Positions 1-3,902 of a stretch of 7,111 nucleotides of DNA are shown here, in pieces. The DNA lies in IMG/VR virus record IMGVR_UViG_3300012630_000124, positions 1 through 7,111 of that record; one strand, given 5' to 3'. The notes under the pieces were generated by a model. That model worked only from the letters and a program-made list of their open reading frames with translations. It made no database searches and was not told where the DNA came from. Position numbers and translations under genes: made by a program. The stretch comes from a virus. Position 1 is the first letter of the stretch; every line of letters begins with the position of its first letter.

Positions 1-55
1 CGCTGACCAAGGGAAGACAAAGCGCGTAAAAAATTAGGCTTAGCCATCCGCACAG
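1..55. repeat. Terminal redundancy: 1-55 is identical to 7057-7111, the overlap of a circular contig. The unique genome is 7,056 bp.
   Basis: Base-by-base comparison of the two ends gives 55/55 identity. The repeat lies inside an ORF that reads through the junction in frame. Confidence 0.95.
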
Positions 56-269
56 GTTGATAACGTGGAGAACCGCCAGATAAAGGGGTCGCAATTGCAG
101 GGACCGAAGCCCAGCCACGTTGCATCATTTGCTGTGAGTATGGAAGTGGGGCGTGCATACCTTTCGAATTAAATTTAACAGGTATTACAGCAACAACTTT
201 TGCGGGTTGACCAGCGAAAACAGAACAAGAAAAAATTACAAATAAAAATAAAAATAAAAATAAGCGCAT
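1..269 (-). CDS. gIII: N-terminal segment of the pIII-like adsorption/minor coat protein (signal peptide plus about 70 aa). It continues across the circular junction into 5682..7056, giving about 547 aa in total.
   Basis: Hand translation from ATG at 269-267 gives MRLFLFLFLFVIFSCSVFAGQPAKVVAVIPVKFNSKGMHAPLPYSQQMMQRGWASVPAIATPLSGGSPRYQPV. There are no stops, and it is in frame (216 nt = 72 codons) with the GTG at 53-51, which equals 7109-7107. SD AAGGAG lies 8 nt upstream. The N-terminus looks like a signal peptide with a VFA/G cleavage motif. Confidence 0.8.
   Translation of the reverse strand, partial: MRLFLFLFLFVIFSCSVFAGQPAKVVAVIPVKFNSKGMHAPLPYSQQMMQRGWASVPAIATPLSGGSPRYQPVRMAKPNFLRALSSLGQ
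240..263 (-). repeat. Four perfect tandem copies of the hexamer AAATAA (minus strand TTATTT), encoding (Leu-Phe)x4 in the pIII signal peptide
   Basis: Read directly: aaataa x4 at 240-245, 246-251, 252-257 and 258-263. The repeat is in frame with the CDS that starts at 269. Confidence 0.9.
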
Positions 270-270
270 T

Positions 271-340
271 GAAAAAACTCCTTGTAGCGTCCTGTGGTCA
301 GCCTGCGCGCTCTCGGCATGACCACAGGCCGCCACAAGGA
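271..340 (-). terminator. Strong rho-independent terminator between the major coat gene and gIII
   Basis: On the minus-strand RNA the arms 340-319 and 300-279 form a 22-position stem (20 Watson-Crick pairs, 1 G-U, 1 mismatch) around an 18-nt loop. G then UUUUUU (277-272) follows. The position matches the central terminator after gVIII in Ff phages. Confidence 0.85.
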
Positions 341-346
341 TTTTAA

Positions 347-574
347 TTAACCGCCGTTAGCGCCTTTAGAGATAAAACGACCCAATAAAGACATACCAAC
401 AGATGCACCAAGAACAACAGCCATAACGCCGAAACCAGCAGTTACAGCGGTACCAGCATCAGCGATAACGCCATCTTTAACAGATGTTACAACAGCAGCA
501 TCTAAAGCAGCATGAGCAGTTGAAGCAACGAAAGATAAGCCAACTAAGGCAGCAGATAGAATTTTTGCTTTCAT
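347..574 (-). CDS. gVIII: Major coat protein precursor (pVIII-like), 75 aa. Signal peptide MKAKILSAALVGLSFVASTAHA; mature protein about 53 aa.
   Basis: ATG at 574-572 with GGAG 8 nt upstream. There is an AHA/A signal-peptidase motif. The mature protein has an acidic N-terminus, a hydrophobic core GFGVMAVVLGASVGMSLL and a basic C-terminus GRFISK, resembling M13 AMVVVIVGATIGIKLFKKFTSKAS. Its position is before the terminator and gIII. Confidence 0.9.
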   Translation of the reverse strand: MKAKILSAALVGLSFVASTAHAALDAAVVTSVKDGVIADAGTAVTAGFGVMAVVLGASVGMSLLGRFISKGANGG

Positions 575-596
575 GTGAAAGACTCCATTTTCAAAG

Positions 597-719
597 TTAA
601 GGTCGGGATGACCGTTCGATAATCTGTTTGAACATGCGCAGGGTAATACCCGCACCAAATCCAACCAGCCAAAGAGACAATAAAAGACCGATAATTTTTG
701 CAGCGTCATTTATGTCCAT
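597..719 (-). CDS. gIX: pIX-like minor coat protein, 40 aa: MDINDAAKIIGLLLSLWLVGFGAGITLRMFKQIIERSSRP
   Basis: Hand translated; not in the ORF track. ATG at 719-717 with GAGG upstream, and it starts 3 nt after the gVII stop. It has a single hydrophobic helix. The ...GITLRMF...ERSS tail resembles M13 pIX ...SGITYFTRLMETSS (from memory). Confidence 0.7.
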   Translation of the reverse strand: MDINDAAKIIGLLLSLWLVGFGAGITLRMFKQIIERSSRP

Positions 720-722
720 TTT

Positions 723-818
723 TTACCTCTGGTAACCAGAGTTAAAACCGTCTACAAGTGCGAAACAGGCAGCACAAGCGAAAATAAGTAAATAAAGGTC
801 AGAAATTGTGGCTTCCAT
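723..818 (-). CDS. gVII: pVII-like minor coat protein, 31 aa: MEATISDLYLLIFACAACFALVDGFNSGYQR
   Basis: Hand translated; not in the ORF track. ATG at 818-816 with SD AGGTGA upstream. It resembles M13 pVII MEQV...VVLCFALGIIAGGQR (ME start, CFAL core, G-x-QR end; from memory). Its position is between the ssDNA-binding gene and gIX. Confidence 0.7.
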   Translation of the reverse strand: MEATISDLYLLIFACAACFALVDGFNSGYQR

Positions 819-829
819 TTATCACCTAT

Positions 830-879
830 AAAAAAGCACAACGGGTAAAAGGCTTTTGGAGAAGTACTAAAACCCGTTG
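830..879 (-). terminator. Possible attenuator or weak intrinsic terminator between the ssDNA-binding gene and gVII
   Basis: The minus-strand RNA forms an 8-bp stem CAACGGGU/ACCCGUUG (879-872 with 846-839) around a 25-nt loop, followed by UGC and UUUUUU (835-830). The large loop weakens the call. Confidence 0.3.
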
Positions 880-889
880 CTAAAAAATG

Positions 890-1228
890 TTAAGCCTTAA
901 AAAGCTTAGTAATGTCATTACCGAGGTAATAAGTAACACCAGATGACTTAGCGCCTTGCCAAACTCGACCCCAAACGGGCAAAGTCAAAAGCTGACCTTC
1001 AAACTTTGCTAAATGGGCTGCTATACCTTGTTTAATCAGAGAATCAGAAATTACACATTCAAGTACTTCTGTTTTGGTTTCACCGTATTGGCCTACAGTG
1101 GCGACCTCTAAACCAGCAAACAAAGTTTGGCGGGTTTGGCCGTTTTGGTCTGGTTTGCCAAGAGCTATACGAGTGCCTAAATAAGTACCGGTAAGCGTCA
1201 AACCTTGGAATAAATTTAAATCTGACAT
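890..1228 (-). CDS. Putative ssDNA-binding protein (pV analogue), 112 aa
   Basis: It occupies the gV slot directly downstream of gII and upstream of gVII. SD AAGGAA lies 7 nt before the ATG. The size fits inovirus ssDNA-binding proteins. I recognised no sequence similarity to M13 pV, so the call is positional. Confidence 0.6.
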   Translation of the reverse strand: MSDLNLFQGLTLTGTYLGTRIALGKPDQNGQTRQTLFAGLEVATVGQYGETKTEVLECVISDSLIKQGIAAHLAKFEGQLLTLPVWGRVWQGAKSSGVTYYLGNDITKLFKA

Positions 1229-1238
1229 GTTGGTTTCC

Positions 1239-1622
1239 TTATGAAACTAAGCGCAGTTTTAAAAGCGCTGGGTTGAGGTTGTATTGCTGAGAAAGCGGTA
1301 AAGGTTCGACAAAATCAGCAGGGACTTGCTTCGAGAAATCGACGTTAATCATCTTGATAAACGGAACGACGTTTGACTGGTCGCCAGTCAAATTCATTAG
1401 TTGAGCCAGTGATAAACCAGCGTCGGTAAAATCATGCGTATAGCGGGACCAAGTGTTGCGAGGGTAGTTCGCTTTGGTACGTTCGTAGCCGTCGGTCATG
1501 ATGTTTCTATAAACACCATAGAGGCGGTTTGCTTTTGGATAACTAATTTTGCCGGAATCCGAAACACGGAAAAATTTAGCTTTAAGAGAATTTAAAACAG
1601 ATTCTTTGTCATACGTGTTCAT
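1239..1622 (-). CDS. gX: Candidate nested gene X: in-frame internal start giving the C-terminal 127 aa of pII
   Basis: Met296 (ATG at 1622-1620) sits in FEGATM-NTYD, which matches the Met that starts pX in M13 (FEGDSM-NIYD). An SD-like GAAGGTG lies 5-6 nt upstream. Confidence 0.5.
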   Translation of the reverse strand: MNTYDKESVLNSLKAKFFRVSDSGKISYPKANRLYGVYRNIMTDGYERTKANYPRNTWSRYTHDFTDAGLSLAQLMNLTGDQSNVVPFIKMINVDFSKQVPADFVEPLPLSQQYNLNPALLKLRLVS

Positions 1623-2507
1623 TGTTGCACCTTCAAAAGACTTGAAAACGTCTTTAAATGCTAAACCCCATAGGGTCGGAATTATTTGCGGATTGTCTAT
1701 CTGTAATTGTGGATCTGTGATTAAGCCAAGCGTTGCAGGCAAGCCGCGTTGAGAGAACCAATCTCGATAAATACGAGCCTCAAAACGAACGGCACCAGTG
1801 GCAAATAGCCTAACTTCTGGTCTAGTAATTTCTGCCAATTGGCGTCGGAAATGCTCATACTTGGTTTGAGCATATTTGCGGGTAAGCTTGTTAATTTGCG
1901 AATCGAGTTCAACGAGTTTTAAGTAAACTTTCTTAACGCAAACTTCAGATCCTTTATTGAAATACAAAGTGGTTTTGTATTCTTCATCGTACCAAGGGCG
2001 GGTTTGACCTATCTTGATGTTACGCATCAAATCTAAGCATTGTTGCGCTTGCTGTTGGTTCGGAACATGGGCGGTATAGGTCACATCTAAGTAATCAACT
2101 ACACCATGCTCCCAGTCTAAAAATTCTGTGAGATTGTGATCCCCAAAACAGAACGCCTCGACTACGGCCATGATGCAGAGGTTGAGATTGTCTGAACCGT
2201 AAACGTTGTGACCCTGTAAAAGCTTTGCAGGATTACCAACAATTTTAATGTAAGGAATACGCTTGAAATCTGTGCCGTTGATTATCTTAAAAGCTAAAGA
2301 AGCAAACGAAGAAGGCAGAGATTCGAACTTGTGGAATAACTGCGTAAAAGTAAACTTTTGGTTTTCAGTGTCCCAAGATACACAGCCGGATAAATCAAGT
2401 CCAAAGCGCTCCATTAATGTCCGGTCATCAATAAAGCAAGCACCAGAAGCACTTTCAACATAGTGCTTGCGTAAAAATGGGATGCTGATGGAAACCATAT
2501 CAATCAT
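1239..2507 (-). CDS. gII: Rolling-circle replication initiator (nickase), homologue of Ff gene II protein, 422 aa
   Basis: Motifs match M13 gpII as recalled: MIDM N-terminus; FESLPSSFASLAFKI (M13 FESLPTHYSGIAFKI); NPAKLLQGHNVYG (SPAKVLQGHNVFG); VRFEARI; FEGATMNTYD (FEGDSMNIYD); DSGKISYPKANRLYGVYR (PSGKTSFAKASRYFGFYR); PRNTWSRY; QLMNL...NVVPFIKMINVDFS. ATGA overlap with the upstream 77-aa ORF. Confidence 0.93.
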   Translation of the reverse strand: MIDMVSISIPFLRKHYVESASGACFIDDRTLMERFGLDLSGCVSWDTENQKFTFTQLFHKFESLPSSFASLAFKIINGTDFKRIPYIKIVGNPAKLLQGHNVYGSDNLNLCIMAVVEAFCFGDHNLTEFLDWEHGVVDYLDVTYTAHVPNQQQAQQCLDLMRNIKIGQTRPWYDEEYKTTLYFNKGSEVCVKKVYLKLVELDSQINKLTRKYAQTKYEHFRRQLAEITRPEVRLFATGAVRFEARIYRDWFSQRGLPATLGLITDPQLQIDNPQIIPTLWGLAFKDVFKSFEGATMNTYDKESVLNSLKAKFFRVSDSGKISYPKANRLYGVYRNIMTDGYERTKANYPRNTWSRYTHDFTDAGLSLAQLMNLTGDQSNVVPFIKMINVDFSKQVPADFVEPLPLSQQYNLNPALLKLRLVS

Positions 2508-2737
2508 AGTTTGCTACCATTGTCACCAGTGACGGCAGTTCTTAAAGATACTGCGCGACCAGTTCGAGAGCTTCGAAGATTACCTAAAACTAAATCGCGA
2601 TTTTCGCAACAAAGGGAAGCAGCAAGTTGAAAATCGGCTAAAACAGAAGTAGGGATCCAAAGCGTTATTTTTTCCAAACCTTGAGAACGTTTTGAAATTT
2701 CGTAACGTTGGTTGCGTGATAACTGAGAATTGCTCAT
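2504..2737 (-). CDS. Hypothetical small protein, 77 aa; possibly a small DNA-binding regulator
   Basis: GAGG lies 7 nt upstream of the ATG. ATGA overlaps at both ends (with the 139-aa ORF and with gII) indicate translational coupling. The segment RNQRYEISKRSQGLEKITLWIPTSVLADF fits the R-x-x-R...GL-x-x-h-x-h-W-h-P pattern I recall from small RepB/CopB-like and DUF3018 (MazE-like) regulators. That assignment is unverified. Confidence 0.6.
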   Translation of the reverse strand: MSNSQLSRNQRYEISKRSQGLEKITLWIPTSVLADFQLAASLCCENRDLVLGNLRSSRTGRAVSLRTAVTGDNGSKL

Positions 2738-3153
2738 GAACGAACCTCAGTAAATTCAACCAAGTTGCACAGCCAATCGCCAACAGCTGGAGAGAAAACC
2801 GAAGGATTAGCGCAGCCTTTGCTAACATCTAAATCATCCTTGCCACATACTGGGCAAGGAAGCTGACAACGCTCAGCGGAGCGGCTAACTTCGTTTGCCC
2901 GAGCGCTGTCAACTAAATCAACAACGATAAAAGAAAGGCCGTTTGATTGAAGTTGGTTTTCTATCGTTGATTTAAACTTGGATTGAGCAACTTGAATTTT
3001 TGCCGGAACAATTTTCTTGGCGTTAGCACCCAGAATTTCAAAGTTCGCGTATAGTGTCCATTGCTCGAAAATTGCGCGTACAGGTTCACGAGTTAACGTG
3101 AGTAAAATGCCAGCATTGGCAGCCTGTAAGGCTTTGATTGTGTTCATATCCAT
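2734..3153 (-). CDS. Hypothetical protein, 139 aa, with a Cys-rich C-terminal part (CQLPCPVCG...C...C); first gene downstream of the operator region
   Basis: Strong SD AGGAG lies 9 nt upstream of the ATG at 3153. ATGA overlap with the next ORF. No family recognised. Confidence 0.65.
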   Translation of the reverse strand: MDMNTIKALQAANAGILLTLTREPVRAIFEQWTLYANFEILGANAKKIVPAKIQVAQSKFKSTIENQLQSNGLSFIVVDLVDSARANEVSRSAERCQLPCPVCGKDDLDVSKGCANPSVFSPAVGDWLCNLVEFTEVRS

Positions 3154-3192
3154 GAGAAGCCGCTCCTGATATACTTTTTATAAAAACAAAGT

Positions 3193-3210
3193 GTATCCAA
3201 AATTGGATAC
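3193..3210. promoter_or_regulatory. Operator-like perfect 18-bp palindrome GTATCCAAAATTGGATAC
   Basis: Read directly. It lies in the 104-bp divergent intergenic region and shares the GTATCCA/TGGATAC half-sites with the second palindrome. Confidence 0.7.
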
Positions 3211-3220
3211 GGAATGAAAT

Positions 3221-3238
3221 GTATCCATAGTTGGATAC
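3221..3238. promoter_or_regulatory. Operator-like 18-bp palindrome GTATCCATAGTTGGATAC (7-bp arms)
   Basis: Read directly. Its centre is 28 bp from the first palindrome, and it lies 20 bp upstream of the repressor-like gene ATG. Confidence 0.7.
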
Positions 3239-3257
3239 AAAGTCAAGGGCGTTACGT

Positions 3258-3620
3258 ATGAATTTCAGCAACAAGCTAATTGACCAATACAAAGAATTTA
3301 TAAAAGCGAAATCAGATGCAGCAGCAGCAGCTGAGCTGCCACACATGACCAGAATGAATGTGAGCGCAATCAGAAAAGGTGAAAGAAGACTTACAGAAGA
3401 ACAAGCAGTATTTATTGCTGAAGCTTGCGCGCTCGACGTCGCACTAGTGCTTGTCGAACTAGCAGCTGAATCAGCCAAAAGCGAAAAAGCACAATCAGCA
3501 TGGAACGCATTAGCAAAAAAGCTTAAAGCCGCTTCAAGCTTATTGCTTTTGGCGGCTTTTCTTAGTATTTCAGGCACTTCAGGCTTAAATCAAAGCCAAC
3601 GCATCAAATATAGCCCATAA
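3258..3620 (+). CDS. HTH (Cro/CI/XRE-like) transcriptional repressor candidate, 120 aa, with a hydrophobic C-terminal segment
   Basis: It is the only plus-strand gene and is divergent from the replication/structural operon, like rstR in CTXphi or Pf4r. ATG at 3258 with AAGGG 8 nt upstream. The HTH-like stretch is SDAAAAAELPHMTRMNVSAIRKGERRLTEEQAVFIAEACALD. Confidence 0.75.
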   Translation: MNFSNKLIDQYKEFIKAKSDAAAAAELPHMTRMNVSAIRKGERRLTEEQAVFIAEACALDVALVLVELAAESAKSEKAQSAWNALAKKLKAASSLLLLAAFLSISGTSGLNQSQRIKYSP

Positions 3621-3639
3621 TGTGATTATTACGTTAAAT
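3610..3639. other. dif-like candidate XerC/XerD recombination site (possible attP)
   Basis: ATAGCCCATAA-TGTGATTA-TTACGTTAAAT. The right arm matches the conserved XerD arm TTATGTTAAAT at 10/11. The left arm ends in the conserved (G)C-CATAA of XerC arms. The spacer is 8 nt (dif has 6, cer has 8). No integrase gene is present. Confidence 0.4.
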
Positions 3640-3708
3640 AACAATAACTTAGTGAAAGCTTATTGGCTAAATATAGAGCAACAGCAAAAAAACAGCAACC
3701 CTTGAAAG

Positions 3709-3750
3709 TGTTCCAAAATGGAACAAGGTCCGGCTATTACTGTGCCGGAC
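3709..3750 (-). other. Plus-strand (viral-strand) origin of rolling-circle replication, f1-like core
   Basis: The minus strand reads AGTCCGGCacagtaataGCCGGACcttGTTCCATTTTGGAACA. The f1 ori core is AGTCCACgttctttaataGTGGACtcttGTTCCAAACTGGAACA. Both have a hairpin with a TAATA loop followed by the CTTGTTCCA...TGGAACA palindrome. An AT-rich stretch follows, like f1 domain B. Confidence 0.75.
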
Positions 3751-3793
3751 TACGGCAAGTAACTCAAAAACACGTGCGAAATAGATAAGTTAT

Positions 3794-3815
3794 AAAAAAA
3801 GCCCTTTCGGGCTTT
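3794..3815. terminator. Bidirectional intrinsic terminator hairpin AAAAAAAGCCCTTTCGGGCTTT
   Basis: The GCCC/GGGC stem (extendable to AAAGCCC/GGGCTTT) is flanked by A7 on one side and TTT on the other. On the minus strand it reads hairpin plus TTTTTTT, which would end the gI-ORF69 transcript. On the plus strand it is the first hairpin with trailing Ts after the repressor-like gene. Confidence 0.6.
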
Positions 3816-3828
3816 AGTTTGGCAGAGG

Positions 3829-3844
3829 GAAGCCCAAGGGCTTC
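3829..3844 (-). other. GC-rich stem-loop GAAGCCC-AA-GGGCTTC (candidate packaging signal or minus-strand origin element)
   Basis: Palindrome read directly, in the non-coding region downstream of the last morphogenesis-operon gene. Confidence 0.35.
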
Positions 3845-3869
3845 AAAAGAGTTACGCTCCGCTCCCATC

Positions 3870-3887
3870 AAGGGGCTAACGCCCCTT
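3870..3887 (-). other. GC-rich stem-loop AAGGGGC-TAAC-GCCCCTT (candidate packaging signal or minus-strand origin element)
   Basis: 7-bp stem with a 4-nt loop, read directly, 16 nt downstream of the ORF69 stop. Confidence 0.35.
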
Positions 3888-3902
3888 AATAATCCCCAGA
3901 AG

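Noticed and set aside
172-182. ATTTAACAGGT as a second, inverted XerD-arm-like sequence that could pair with the 3610-3639 site, CTXphi-style
   Set aside because: It matches the inverted XerD arm at only 8/11, lies inside the gIII coding sequence about 3.4 kb away, and has no adjacent XerC-like arm.
575-709. The ORF track extends the coat ORF to an ATG at 709 (120 aa).
   Set aside because: The extension has no SD, encodes an implausible N-terminus ahead of a perfect signal peptide, and overlaps the well-supported gIX-like ORF (597-719) in another frame. The ATG at 574 has a GGAG SD and gives a canonical 75-aa procoat.
1549-2828. Short ORFs 1549-1752(+), 1721-1912(-), 2263-2463(+) and 2580-2828(-)
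   Set aside because: All are embedded in or antisense to gII and the 77/139-aa genes in other frames, with no SD and no recognisable features. They are typical shadow ORFs.
3231-3257. TTG start at 3231 for the plus-strand repressor ORF (129 aa)
   Set aside because: The TTG lies inside the second operator palindrome and has no SD. The ATG at 3258 has AAGGG 8 nt upstream.
3154-3257. Specific -35/-10 hexamers for the two divergent promoters (for example TATACT at 3170-3175, TTGGAT/CATAGT around 3203-3231)
   Set aside because: Several weak combinations exist, but none has both good hexamers and 16-18 bp spacing. I report the region as regulatory without assigning promoters.
3086-3577. 163-aa minus-strand ORF antisense to the repressor-like gene
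   Set aside because: It is a shadow ORF created by the Ala-rich GCN codons of the plus-strand gene. It has no SD, a low-complexity Ser/Ala product, and it overlaps the start of the 139-aa gene and the operator region.
3718-3762. 14-codon plus-strand mini-ORF (MEQGPAITVPDYGK) in the intergenic region
   Set aside because: It coincides with the origin palindrome and hairpin, has no SD, and is explained by those DNA elements.
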